Below are positions 37,838 through 53,601 of a stretch of DNA of 64,000 nt, in pieces (position 1 is the first letter of the stretch; the number at the start of each line of letters is the position of its first letter). The stretch is from Polymyxa betae A26-41 (Eukaryota; Protista; Endomyxa: Phytomyxea). Both the position numbers and the translations under genes were made by a program. Below the pieces are notes generated by a model. It did not search any database, was not told the DNA's origin, and worked only from the letters and a program-made list of their open reading frames with translations. The stretch is taken from NCBI GenBank assembly GCA_003693705.1, contig RBZT01000563.1, positions 152,055 to 216,054 on the forward strand, written 5' to 3'.

Positions 37838-37847
37838 GTAACATTAC
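37838..37847. promoter_or_regulatory. Candidate promoter motif GTAACATTAC
   Basis: 131 bp upstream of the HPPK-DHPS ATG. Confidence 0.4.
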
Positions 37848-40800
37848 CCACTTCATTCAAATTACAGAGATGGGACGTGAACCATGTCGGCCTCTTGGCC
37901 CCAGAAACGCAGCTGATAACCCCAAGGTGATCAGATTGCTAAGCCAGAACCACGATTTATTTTTGAACGTATTCCTAGTTGATCGAATTCAATCACCAAT
38001 TGCTGTGATTTTGATTAAAGTGCCGGCCCGAGTAATGCCGCACGGGGCAGTATTCCGGAAACATTCTCATAAAAAAGCGCGAAACTCGTCAACTCAGTAT
38101 GTTTTTTTTCAGACATTGAAATCACGCAACCGGGGCCTGGTGCTGTTTGCGAATCGGTATGCAATCAAGGCTGTCAATCCCCAACACATCTGATCGTCGA
38201 CAAAGATGCTTTCTGGGTCATGCCGACCCAGGAATTGTTTGAAGAAATGCAGACAGCGCGCCAAACCAGTATTGGAGATGAAATCGGAGGTTCTGTAACC
38301 GGACCAGCATCAATCCTTAACGCCCTTAATTTCGACTATCATCTGAGCAGCGGGAGGGCGTTCAATAAGCCCTCAACCCTGAAATGCGACTAAACAGTTC
38401 AAACAAGGCCCATCAGGCTCATATCGACTTCAAGGGTTCTCAATGTTAAGACCTGCTGCTCCGATCACATCAAGTCCCCATTTTCTTGGGAACCGTATTC
38501 ATTTATAGGGGTCCGAAACAATAAAAGAAGAGATCCATGATTTATGGGGATATGACGTGAAAATAGCATCAACGTTCTGGGGTCGTGATGTTAGAGCTTA
38601 AACTGTGTGGGCCTTCTGGATTTCACGCCGGATCATCCACAGAGAACCGAATCGATTATCGTGAGCAGCTGAGCCTGGGCGCCTGACGATTATAGACTTT
38701 GACGCAAGTTATATTCACTTTTTAACATCAGGAATCAGAATCATAATTGTATCTGGCTATGTTTGATTACCATTAGATGTGATATGCGAGAAAAAACGTA
38801 ATAAACTTTGATGTCGAATGAGGCGCTACAATCCAGTTACGAACAATAGCGGCATCCTGCGGATTTGAACACTCCAAACCCCTAAAACCCTTCTCAAATA
38901 CTTAATAAACATATAGGCCTGAAGACTGCCGGGAAGCTGCTATGCTGTTTGAGAGTTCAAGCAGAGCGCAATATCTCTGTAATGTATTATTAAGTATAAA
39001 TCTTTATTCAATACGATCATGGTTCCAAAGCGTCATCACTGATTTCATGATCTTCTCGTACGGTCAGTGTAACCATAAATCGGCTAGGTTTGGAGACTTC
39101 ATCGTATACAATGCACATTTATATTTTGGATATTGTCGCTGATGCTGAACGTAACTTTCGAACCATCATCACCAGCTCGCACAGAGGTCTACGTGTTTGC
39201 AATTAATCTGCAAGTGATCAAAACTTTGTCACGTCTAGAACACCTATCAGAATATGTTCAGCTGATCATGCAGAGCCCTATTGAAATGGAGGCAGATTCA
39301 GCATCTGTTTAAACGATTTCGGACGAAGAGCTACAGAGCACGGGCGGCTGCTAGGTGTTGCCGCTTTTTTAACAGTACGCTTGTTTCCTAGCAATAAATT
39401 TGTTTTCAGCTCACGGGTCGGTTCACAATTTGAAAAACGATCGTGAAAACCAGCGCGGCGTCGCCCGCAGAAAGCAAATTCGCTTTTCATGTCAATGCAG
39501 GTCATGAGGCAACCCATCACCAGGAAGGATTCGATGCAGATTCGGACCGGGTTCCGCATCAAATACTGAATAAGATAAACTTGGGTCGGATTCGTTGAGA
39601 TATACACGCGGTACAGGTAATCAGCGGTCTTGATTAAGAGACATTCAATTACTGTATCTAAGATCACATCTGTTGTCATCACCAGTCTCCTTCTGCTGCA
39701 TCTATTGTCGCCGATATACCATTTCCCATCAGTTTATACGAATCGTTTACGGTCTGTTATGCGGCGTGCAGCGGTGGCGGAAATTGCCCTCTGCACAGTA
39801 AGCAGGCGTTGAAGATTCGAGCCCCCTCATCACTCATATAACAATTGCTACAGATCAGACACACACGAACAATGGAACTTTATCGACAATTGATGGAAGA
39901 CGACCAATTCAGGTCCTGCGTCCGCATGACAGAACGCCATGGCGTTTCAGAACAGACTTGCGTTGAACGCGGGTCTGGACAGTTTCAAGGGCGTTGCCGC
40001 GAAATCCGGCACCCACAATGATGAGAGCGGCTTCTTAACGATTTGAGCGGTATATGGGATGTCGGTTTGCCCGATACCCTAAATCCAGAACAAATCGTTC
40101 GCGAACGATTGCCAACCCAGCCAAAGCTCCAGCGCTGGCGGAACATTCGATGTCAAAGCATAAACCGTCCTTGGCCCTGTCCAGCGATTTCTGAGATCGC
40201 GGCACTTTAACCGTTGCCTTCCAGACGCTGGTTGCGTTTCTGACGGTTGTTGGTAACAATACTTTCAGGACTATCTACGAGATTGTTCACAATTAGTCAC
40301 TACAATGACCCCAACAACAAGATTGTTTATTGTTGAATCATCACAATAATAAACACAAATTGCTAATTTTGAAATGATCATTTAAGAGATTTTAAAGCCT
40401 TACTAAGCAATGATGCAATATAAGGATTATAGGGCTATGATATCATAGGTGAACGATTGACTTCTTCAGCGGTGTGCAGCAGATGCAGGCCACGCCCGTT
40501 ATTGAAGAGCAGATGCGCTTTCAGATGGAGTATAAAACCCCGCTCTCGGTCGCCGTTTTCGCAACCGCAGACGAACACTTTACCATCGATTTTCACTATC
40601 ACGATCAGAACAACATGATACACAATAATAGGTAACGAACTGATTTGATCGGGTGCGAGATACTGTCCGGGATGACCAAGACATAAACCCTAATTCGTTA
40701 ATGGAGATCCGATCCCATCTTCTGTGATAAAAGCACAGAGTCCGCTCTATGAAATCGAGACCTGATAGTACAGAACCGTGTCTCATGATGATGGAATCTC

Positions 40801-41052
40801 AAAATGCGGCTTTAAGGCGGATTACTCCGATCTCTAATGTCGACGTCAGAGTCGAAGTGCGCGAGTTCAACATGTCACAGTCCGAGAAGTAACGTATCGC
40901 TTTATTATCATTATCTGATGCTATTTCTCGCACTTCAAATGCCGTCGAATGTGGTATCGTGGTCTGTCACAACATCTATCATGATAGTGAATAGCCAAAT
41001 ACAGATACAGAGACGGACTTTCCCTGGTGCGCAAGTCCGCAGCGCCAGTTGA

Positions 41053-41496
41053 GACCCGGACCGAATCGGACCCGGACCGAATCGGACCCGGGTCAGGTGA
41101 GTCGCCAATTTCATTGACTCGGGTCGAACCCAGGTCAAAGCCTACCTTACTGAATACCCTGTCTGATATTGGGAGTTCGGTGTATAATCCATCCGATCTG
41201 ATCTCCAAATAGCTACTTTTGCTTTATTATCAATTGGGTTGTCATATCACGACCGTTTATACTGAGAAAACATACAAAAAACTGAAGAGCTCGGCCCAAT
41301 CAGACCGTTAAAAACATGACCTGAATCCCGATTGTTTTTCAGACGGATTATTACTTGCTCCAGTTTGCGTTGCCAGACAGAAGTCTGGAAAACGTTTATT
41401 GCAATATTTTCCAGTCAACCCAGGTTGAAAACAGCGGGTCCAACCCGGGTCATAACCGGACCCGACCCGACCCTTCGACCAACCTTACCATCCCTA
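41053..41496 (-). mobile_element. Probable hAT (Ac-like) transposon end with subterminal repeats
   Basis: Minus strand reads TAGGGATGGTAAGG from 41496 (the maize Ac TIR begins TAGGGATG). It is followed by clusters of ACCCG/CGGGT motifs at 41417-41473 and 41053-41135, including a 16-bp x2.4 repeat. No partner end found. Confidence 0.5.
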
Positions 41497-43888
41497 AATT
41501 CCTCACCCTTCGGTATCCCCAAAATCGCGCGCTCGAGTTCAAAACCATGCAAACTTGGGATTTTTGTTCTATAAAATCGTCACTAAAACAACCCTATGAA
41601 TATGTGCAGGTTCAAAGCCAGTCCAGACAATCCCCTTAACACAGGGTATCTGGAGTCGATGGCAACGATGGACGGATCCATGACCACATCAACACTCAAA
41701 AGCAACAGTGCAAGATCGAGCCAATCAGATGACGCTGTATACGAAAGCCAAGATGAGAACAATTGAGGCAGTCAGATTGGAGGCGGTCGCGGTGCCAGCA
41801 ATAGGGCAGCGGTCATATATTGGCTTGCTCTAAATCACTTGTTTCTCCCAAACTAAATTCATTCTGCTATTGAGATCTATATCGTCGTATATCTTCTAAA
41901 GTTGTGGTTTGTGCCTCGCCGTCGACGCTATTAGACAGGCCCACTGCTTCTCCACCGTCGATTGTTCTTAAGCAAACCGTCATGACCTAACGGGACAACA
42001 AGGTACTTAAAGAGTTCACGGTTCGAATTATGTATTAAGCACATGTCGACCATATCATATGCGCATAAACCGAATTTTCGTTAAACGACGCCAAATGTGA
42101 CTGAAATCTTAGATTGTTGAGGAGCGATTGGATTCTGCCCGCACTGTGTAAATGCATGCGATATGCAGCGGTTTGTTCGATTGTTCTAGTTCATATAAGC
42201 ACGAGAGATGAAAATGGAAAGGCTAAGAGGGTCCAGCATGCCCGGTGAAGCAGGAACCCCCTCGTATGGTTGTGATACTGATTTTTGGTTGTTGTGAAGT
42301 CGATTGATGTTCTCCATCTGCTGAATTGTGATAATGATTAATGTTTGATTGTGCCCATGCGCCAACGGTATTCAATCGGCGACAGTTGGAGCTGTTAATC
42401 ATCAGCGATTCTTATCAACTTATTAATGCTTGGTGGAAAATGTTCAAAAAAAAGAGAGAACATCGATCAAGTGCTGCTTGGAGGAAACTGAGGTGCTGAT
42501 AAAGAAAGCAACAGAATTACTGTATTATGGAGATGATATGATAGAGAGCGTGGCCAAGAAGTTTCATTTCGTGATTCTGACGAGTCAATCGGGTCTTGAT
42601 TCGACACCGAGCTGGGCGTTTATTGCAGCGTCGGCGTTCTGTGAACAACGGATTGCCTCGGTCTACATTGAAAGCTTTTAAGATTTTGCTCTCTGAGTGT
42701 GTTAAAAATTGGTTTCGATCCGAGTTGATCTATTGTTTCTGTTATAAAATGAATTCATGTCATAGAAGAAGCAGATCCCTATATTAGCAAAGGTCTGCCA
42801 ATATCCTTTTGCAAACGACGCTGCTACTTTCATTTACTGCAACGCCTAAACCGCATCCTGATTCGTTTGGAACAGGAGATGCCATCATTGGCAAAGTGAA
42901 GCAGTGTCCCATACAACCCTAAAACCCTGTGTGTTTGGGTGCTTGAAATCTTTTTAATCAAGATCCGTTATATTGTTCCTCTCAATGAGATCTATCGAAT
43001 AACGGCGTTTGTTTTGGTGTACGGCAGCGTTCGGCTGAGCCTTAAGCGGATCTTCGCCCAGCCTTATAATCGTATAGTCTCTATAGAGTATAGATGTCCT
43101 TGACGGCTTATAGATCGGAATCGAAAATCCAATGCTTCATTGAGCTTAAATGCGCTCCGAATGCAGCAAGGACCTCGCCATCTCAGCCTTGGCAGCGCCT
43201 ATCAGACAACGAGAAACCAATTCAGAAGTCCTATCGTATTTCCGCTATTTCAGATTCGGCTATGTAGAGACGGCGCATGAGATCCTGATTTTTTGCACAA
43301 ACCCGTTACGAACAATGTCATTTATGAATAAATTAACAGAGGTCCCGAAAACTCATCTGCTTATTGGATCTGAATTAGCAGTTTGTATGATCATCGTACA
43401 GGGTAGCGTATCGCCAAACGCAACCATTAGCAAATGGCAGCAGCGAAGCAATCTACCTCGTCGAACGCAGTAAACGTTGAGTGCGTTCTTTTTGAATGAA
43501 GGCTCGATGATCATTTTCGGCTTCGCCATACATACCGTGATAACACCTGTGAATGGAAATCTAAAACACAGCAGTCTCGCTATATATAACTCGTTCTATA
43601 GATTGCGTTCGGACTTTCCAGTACCGGTCTAATGTTGTAGGAGACTTCAGACAGCGTACGATAGGGCGCTGGAACTAATCTAGATTGTGAATATGCGATC
43701 CAAGAGTTCGTAATGTACTTTGAATACACACTCTGAATACTAAAAGCTTGCGATTACTGTGGAAAGTGTTATCATCTCTATCATGATTATGTTGAGTGTC
43801 CATTCTTGAATATTGGTGTAGTGCGGATTATAGGGGCTTCTGTACGTTCTCAATCGACTATTCCTCACTCTTCCATCGTTCACCCTCT

Positions 43889-45641
<1,753 letters not shown>

Positions 45642-45707
45642 TAAACAGGAATACACATATCCACTAAACTGTTTTGATTGATCGAGCTTGTACAGTGTTA
45701 TTATTTC

Positions 45708-48700
45708 ATGTCATCTACACCTGCCGATGGAAATACTACATCGACATCTGTGCACACCAATGAACGCCCGGGGCGAGCCTCATCGCCGCCATCTAAAAAG
45801 ACGTCGCCAACCACAACGAACACCCGGAAAGCTCCAATGCAATCCATTCTGATGGAAAAGGCGAAATCGGTGCCTAAAGGCAGATATTGGGATTCAAATA
45901 TTCTTTTGGAAGGCGACGCCGAATCGCATCTGGGTGAATTCGCTGGAGTTGCCCAGTTGCCTTTTTCTCGTCTGCTCGCGCCGTTGCAAACGCGCTCCAC
46001 GATCTATGAACGGCGTCAATGTGCTTATAGTTTTGCAACCTACACGAGCGAAAAATCGCCAATCCCTGATGCTTGGGAACAGATTATCAATATGGAAAAT
46101 CATGCTGGGTTTCACTCGATAGTGGCCTTGATTACTGACAGCGATTTCGTAAGCCAACAGATGGTGACTCTATAAAGTTGCTTAGTTTCACAGGCATGCC
46201 AGCGTTATGGATCATTAGCAATGCAATTACTTGCTCAGCGACCCGAAGCGTTGCCGCACCTGAACAAGGTTAATGCAATCGAACATGTTTTGCCCAGAGC
46301 CTTGACTATGGACGATCGTCGTACGAGCTGGGATTCGGATGCACAGCGATATTGCATCATGGCTTGTGAGAACATGACCATGGACCCAGATCGTCATCTC
46401 TTTATCATGGGATTTCTGAATGAAATCGTGCATATGGTAGAGAGACCACCACATCCTTCCTATCGTGTAATTATCAGCATTCTGATGCTTTCATTTTGAC
46501 CGACGCTTCTATTCAGGCAAGTGCGATAGGTATCTGTAGGAATTTGGCGATATCTCCACGATTTCGGGCGAACCTGCTGCCAGCCGTTCGCGTCACTCTG
46601 GCAATTATGAAATCCAGCACTCAGACTATGGAATGCCGAATGAAGGCTGCCGACTTCCTATCGCTAGTCAGCCAAAGCGACCACGCCAAGGCTCATCTAA
46701 TGCAGCGCCGAATTTTCCCTATCATCGTCGAAATCGTCGAGCAATGCACAGGCGAGCCGGTAAGTCTGTAGGCCATACCTGACGCCTCGCCCTTATCTGG
46801 ACAGGACGAAGCTCGAATGTTAGGCAATGTGGCTCTGATCATCAGTAACCTGGTCCTGGTCGTAGAAGCACACGAGTTCCTTCTGCAGGACGACATGCTT
46901 CTGACGATAATGGTGCTGGGATCTATGGCACACGTTGTTGACTGCCTCATCTCAGTCTGCAGAGTAACCCATATCCTGTCATCATATTCACATGCCCTGG
47001 ACAGTATCGCCCATCTAAAAGGGTAGGTGCGGGGACCCTGCCATTTCCTTCAGTCAGACGTTTGCACTCGGGCTCAGTCAGACGTTTGAACTCTGGCTCT
47101 GTATTGCGATTAGGGTTTTACCTGTTATGCTTCAGGGCAACTAAGGTTTTATAGTTGCTTTTTCATACGGTTCAGCATATAGCTATCGGAAATTCTGAAT
47201 GTCGTCGCGACCAGGATCGAGATTGTGCTGCAGGCGTTCTTCCTCTGCGAAGATGTCGAATGCCGACTAGCGGCGTTCGGGTTTGTAGCCAATCTGGTCC
47301 ACCACCCCAGGTTCTATGAGCGGCTTGTTCATAATCAGGCGATGCAAGCGATAGCCATTGGGCTCCAGAGCAAACACACTGATTGCTTGCCTCCTGCTAT
47401 TGAAGCGGCCGCCTTTCTTACTCGACAGGAGTCTTATCGAAAACTGCTAGACGTCGAGCAAGTTCTGCCCAGAGTGTTTCGTATCTTGACGGATACGACC
47501 AAATTCTCTTTGCAAACCAGAGACTATGCTCTGGTCACTCTGGCTAATATAGCTTCCAATCCAGAATCGCACTCGATCATTATCACATTGATGAAGCAGA
47601 AATATGAATGCGGCCTGCTTGGCATCCCGAAAGCAGCCGTGCATGATGAGGTAAGCTTCCCAGTTCATGCTCAACAGGACGTGTACTCAAACGCTTGTTT
47701 GCAGACATCGATATTTTGGGGCAAATTTTTATGCAACATGTTGACGACTGAAGATAAGGTATATATCTGGCTACTAGTTTTCAAAGTTCAGTGATAAGAT
47801 TCCAAATTGCAGAACGTTCGTGCTCACTTATGCCGGCCTGTTGTTGTCCAAGCTGCTGCTGCTCTTTTACAATCAAGCAACGTTAGCATTATCAAAAGCT
47901 GCTTAGTGTTTCTATTGGGGTTAATCCGAGACGACAACCAGGTCAACAATATCATGAACTTCAAATCAAAATTTCATTCTGTACAGGTCCGAATGACTAT
48001 AATTCAACATTGCTATTCTGGATTGAAATGCGTATCGAGATTATGGTGCTCCGACACTTACCATTATCTGGTTGCTGCTTTGCTGGCGAATCTGACACGA
48101 AACAAACAAGTATATCGCATATATTAAGTGATTTCAAGAATCTCAAATTTATAGGTTGTGGCAATGGTTTCATGGGCCGAGTGGCTCGATCTGATTCAAC
48201 ATCTTCTGTCGGAGCCATACGATAAAATCTCTCGAAAGGGAATGGAATTCTTGCTGAACATTGCCGATTTGGACCAAGTCCAACATGACATTGCGCAAAG
48301 TGATTTAATCGATCGGATATTCGCTAGCGTTGTTCGTCAGGTACTGAGTTCTTCCATGTTGATTCAATATTAAACCTTTGCAGGATCATTCGTTTCCATT
48401 GGCGCTTCATATCTTAGCAAAGGTTTCCTCTGGTATACTTCCGCTTCGTCGACGTATAGCAGAACGGAACGTAGTCGGCACGTTTTCACGATTGTTGTTA
48501 TCTAGAAGTAGACACTGGAGGAAATACAGTTTGATTTCTATTGGAAACTTCTGCTCAATGCTAGAGACACCACTACCGTTATCAAAAGTCAACCTTGTCA
48601 AGCATCTTATTGATTTAGCGGATGATCCTCGACCTGATATCGAAGAATGCCGATTTTGCGCTTATGCTATCGCCAACATGTCCTTTCACGAATGCAACCG

Positions 48701-51700
48701 TATGAACAGTATCTGCTTCCTATGTAGCGGCTAATATGATAACAATATAGGACAAGATCTGCTGGACTCTGCTTCCTTTCTTTTCCGGAAAATCCCAATT
48801 CTTGTTGAGACTGGTGACACGCTGGTGTTGAGAGGCCTGGCCCAGTTCCTGTTAAACATGTGCTATCATCTTCGCGAAACACACATGTTCGGATCGAATC
48901 TCGTTGTGCAAACGATCCTGCGTGTAGCTCGATTTCTGGATACAATCACGAAGGTTTTCGCGATCGAGGCATTGCATTGTCTAGCAGAGGTTCCCAGAAA
49001 TGGCCGTGCGTTTGTTCAAGGCGGAGTTGTACAGTTCCTTAAAGATGAGGGTTTAGACTACAAGCGACGCGACGCTGAATCGACACGACAAATGTGCCAG
49101 TTTATGTCGAATGCCTGTCTGATCCGTGAAGTCGCTTCCGCATGCTCGAAACAGGAGCTCGTACCGACCTTGGTTTATCTAATGACGCATCCAGAGCAGT
49201 CTGTACAACTAGATGTACTCAAGGTGAAATCTGCTCTCGTTCCTATCATTCTTGTGATTAAATTGTTAGGTAATGGTTTCTATGGCGAAAGATCCCACCG
49301 CTCAAGATGGCTTGGTGAAAGACGCTATGATCGTCCTCGTAAATTTGCTGGAAGATGAGCACCCCGATAAGCGCCAGATGGCAGCATTAGCTATTGGATT
49401 CGTGATCTGCCGCCTTGATGCTCAACGTCTTGTTGCCAAATTCTGCAGAGACTCGATATATCGCGACCTTCTGTGTTCAAATTACCCGGAAGTGTCGCTG
49501 GTTGCTGTCTGGATGATGGCACATTTGATACATCAGAAAGAGAATAGTCATGACAACGATCAAGAAAGGTTCACTTAGCAATCATTATCGTGTCGTGTTT
49601 CCAATGGTTTTAGGGGACTAGATCTGGAGGCATCACCTGTGAATGAGAATGTTCTCAGAGATGAGGAATGCGAGCGCAACCGTATCCTAGCTATCCATGT
49701 AATAGGAAAACTTGCTGAAATAGCATTATCTTCCGATGCCGACCCGACGCTAGCAAAATACGCGACGTTGGCCATTGTGAGGTTCAGCTCGGCACCAGAA
49801 TTGCAAACAGTTCTAATTGAACAGTGTGGGCGTGTTGTGGAAGAGATGTTCGAGATTGCCTCATCGCCTGTAAGTGCTTGCGATAAGCTCCCATATTCTG
49901 GCTTAATCGGTGCTGCCAGGATCCAGAAATGAGGCCGGTAATGGTGACATTGTTGGCGAATCTCAGCAGGAATCGTGACAACCACGCGTTCTTGGAAAAG
50001 AACGTTGATGTATCACGATTGGACCTGATGGTGGGAGGCGATGATCCTGAAACGCAAGCTGTTGCGATATCGGCTGTCTCTGGTCTTGCAATGAGCCCAG
50101 GTAATGCCCAACAAATGGTCCAGGGAGGGCGCATATTACCCATCATGTCGGCCATGTGCAAAAGCGATGACCAATTCAAACTGCAATCAATCGCTGCCGT
50201 TTTTGTCAATCTCAGCGAGCACGCTCAATGCCGTATCGGAATGCTCAAACAGCAGGTTGTAATGGGCATATTGTCATTATTACAAGCTCCGGTGGCTGAT
50301 CACAATACCCATTATAATGCATGTCGTGCACTGTCCAATCTTTTATCGGAGCGCAAGGGAATCGAACTGCTGCACGAACATGATCACGACCTAATAAGTG
50401 ATTCCTTATGGGGTATGATCCGGTCGAAATCGGCATCGGTCGTTGGGGTGGCACTTCGGATATTATGCTTTCTTGGTGGTCGCAATGATTTCCTATTTCT
50501 GATGAGCAACGTCGACGGGATCAGGTATAATCTCTGAATTAATTTGAAGCATTTACGAATTCTTAAGATGCATGGACTAGATGTCTAATCAGAGTCGCAA
50601 AAGCAACGTCAGCAAGATCGCACGATCAGGACAACTGCGAATTCCATTCGGCTGTGGTTCTTCGAGCTTGTTGTGAAACGTATCGTCTGTTGCCAATGCT
50701 GGTTGAAAACAACATCGTCGGCACATTAATCTGCTTGAGCCGAGCTGGGCCACGGCCGGAGCCCGCTCCTGTACACCTGCTAGCGATCACAAGTCTAGAA
50801 GATGTTGTGCGATATCCAAATGGAAAGTTAGCGGTTATCGAAGCCGGGTTAGACCTCATTCAGGTCGTGATCGGATGCCTAGAAAAGGTGATTGTTCATT
50901 GCTGATTTCAACTGGACGGAACGAACAGCTCTGATGATTCGTCGTGATAGGGATATGCAGATCAAGCGTTGCATGCCCTGGCCATTATATTGTCTTTATC
51001 TGATAATGCTTTTTGGAATATTAAATTCAATCAAGCTCAAGGATGGAGTCATGTCATGGCTTACGTTCAGCACAAGGACGATTCAGTTCGGTGCCTCGCT
51101 GTTCGATGCATTGCTTCGTATTCTGCTCATAAATCTTCTTACGCTGTGCTATCGCAGCCGGATGTCATTGGTGTAGTGATCACACAATTGTAATTGTTCT
51201 CATTCTACTGTACAATAGGCTAATCTAGAATAGGTCCGCCTTTGCCAATGACGAGGCCATCAAGGAGAACGACGTAACTGAGGCTCTTGGATTAATTGGC
51301 ATTCTATCGAATCTGTGTCGCACTAGTGATGCTGGCCCAGATCAAAGCAAACTCGACCTTCAGTCTTTGAACGTGATTTCGCTTATGCATCGGATTCTGC
51401 TCCAAACTCACTATGATGATCGGTTAGGAGAAGTTTACTGTAACAATGTGATCCGCTATCTGACTTGAAGCATAGAATACGAGCGCAAGCACTGCATATA
51501 CTTTCTCATCGGTTACAAGATCAATCCCGGGCCATTCTTTTCACTGTTGTCGACAATGCCATGTCAGTAATAGAGACGTTGTCTACATCATCGGCAAGCG
51601 CCCGACGGATTGTGACCTCAGCTCTGGATCAGCTATGTCAGTGTCCAGGCAACTTCTTGAATCTCGCGTTAGACGTGTTGTTCAGAATGGCTGTAAACAG

Positions 51701-53136
51701 CATCGACGAACAAATTCTTGATCAATGGATCTGTTTCAAGGCCATTTATAATGTTATTTCGACTGATGAACCAAGTTTGTGGTTTTCATTCAATGTGTCA
51801 GAGGACCAGAAAACAACGCTGATTCAAGCGTTGCAATGGCGCCCAAAAACGAATCGATCTGGGCAATATTTCCATAATGCTGTAACCTGCCGCCAGGGAG
51901 CTCTTTCAATAATTCGTCACATATCATCCACATCGCGAGCGTCGTCTCTAATAGACGCTCGGATGATCGATGTGTTGCTTAGCATCATCGATGGACCCGA
52001 TCTTGATCGCTTCTATCAGTTGGAAAAGTCAGTTCCTTTGCAGTCATCCTCAATCAGGACATGGCCTGTAGATCCCAACTGGAATCACTGGATGAAGTTG
52101 ACACTATCTGGAATAGAATGTAACGATCGTGATTGGAATCAGATTCCCTTACCCGAGATGATACCGTTATTGGAACCCGGGTCTTCGCTTCCTTTCGATA
52201 TTCGACTTCGTCTGGACGCAATAACAGCGCTGTCGAATTTATCGGTTTCGGATGAAGCCCAGACGATGCTATTGCAGAATGAGGCGATACCAAAGGTTTT
52301 AAATTTCATTGAAGAGATGGCACCGGTTGCTGCCTATCAACGTCTTGCAGTTGAATGCCTTGCTAACATAGTGCAATCGTTAACCGATGACCATATTCAG
52401 CAACGTCTTGTTGATTTCAATCGACTTGGAGAATGTTTGATGCAAGCGCAAAACCAGGAGAAACGCTGTAAAAAAGGGTCGGCATTGCACGATCTACGCA
52501 GGGAAACTATCCAGAGCATGGTGTTGGTTCTAGCGCGTGTATCTGGGCATCGGTCGTTCTCTATAGATCATCGCGATCACGATTTTGTATCGAAAGGATC
52601 TTTATATCTGTTGCTGAAGTCCACAGAGACCAGAACCCAGCACTGGGCCTTCGTCACTCTTGTCAATGTCGTCGTTAAAGGACGCCCTCTACATTTCAAA
52701 CTGTACTCAGACAATGTCGTTGATAACATCATGAGGTACATACGAGTGTCTGAGGGTCGATCTGATGACATTAAAATGAAACAGGTTCTTGAGAGAGCGT
52801 GATGACGTTATTCAATTTTTAGCGTTATATGCCTTAGCTGAACTATTCGATCAATCAAACATCGGTGCTGATCATCTCATTCGGCATTCGCTGCTGACAG
52901 TGGTAATCTCGTTGGCGTACAGCGGCTATGTGGAAATCCAAAGATGTGTTGCTCGAATATTACGATCTTTAATTAGTCAATGCGGATACCGTGCAATTAG
53001 GCATTTGATACAGAGTATGTCAGCGCCTATTGACGCTTTGGCCGCCTCTAGCGATCCCGACACTGCAACCAACGCCGCTCAGGCTAAAACTCTTTTAACC
53101 GAGGCTGGTCCTCGAGTACGAACAATCACTTCCTAA
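45708..53136 (+). CDS. Very large armadillo-repeat protein (roughly 2,000 aa), function unknown
   Basis: Consecutive exons can be joined through about 19 GT-AG introns. Repeated ARM helices: ICRNLA, VANLV, TLANIAS, LLANLT, AIANMS, LLANLSRN, ALSNLL, ILSNLC, ALSNLS. Confidence 0.8.
47050..47097. repeat. 24-bp x2 near-perfect tandem duplication in an enlarged (~190 nt) intron
   Basis: tcagtcagacgtttgcactcgggc / tcagtcagacgtttgaactctggc. Confidence 0.85.
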
Positions 53137-53601
53137 ACTGTCCCAGCACATAAATCGTCACCAGAAGACAAAAAGTAGTTAGACGAATTACTGAATTGGA
53201 TTCGATTCGATCTTTCTGGTTTCGAATTGCTACAGGCGGTTTGCAGAGATTTGACGAATTACTGGATAATAGCTTAATTATAAAGACCAGTCACCTCAAC
53301 TGTTAATAAAATGTCGTAAGACCAAGATATATGTGAGAGAATCCAATCCATACAAACACCTTGATCCTATATAGGCTGCACACTGTGGAATAGCACCCAA
53401 TTTGCAACCAGCGCGCCATCCGTCCTAAAAAGTTGTATAATTGGAGTAAGCAGGGAGCGCCGAGCCGGCCGACGACACATTGTCGATTGTTAGAGAGGGA
53501 CGTAGCGCGGACACACACACATACGTCATACAAAGTACACACTGAAGTAGAACATCGGGACTGTTTCTCTTGCGTTAGCCTCTTCAGGCTATTCTGTGAT
53601 A

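Noticed and set aside
38200-38500. KWGLDVIG on the minus strand as an LTR integrase motif
   Set aside because: Downstream residues do not follow the integrase core and the frame has several stops; too little evidence.
42430-43473. ORFs 42430-42681 and 43150-43473 as genes
   Set aside because: No motifs, no convincing exon chain, and a non-ATG start for the first.
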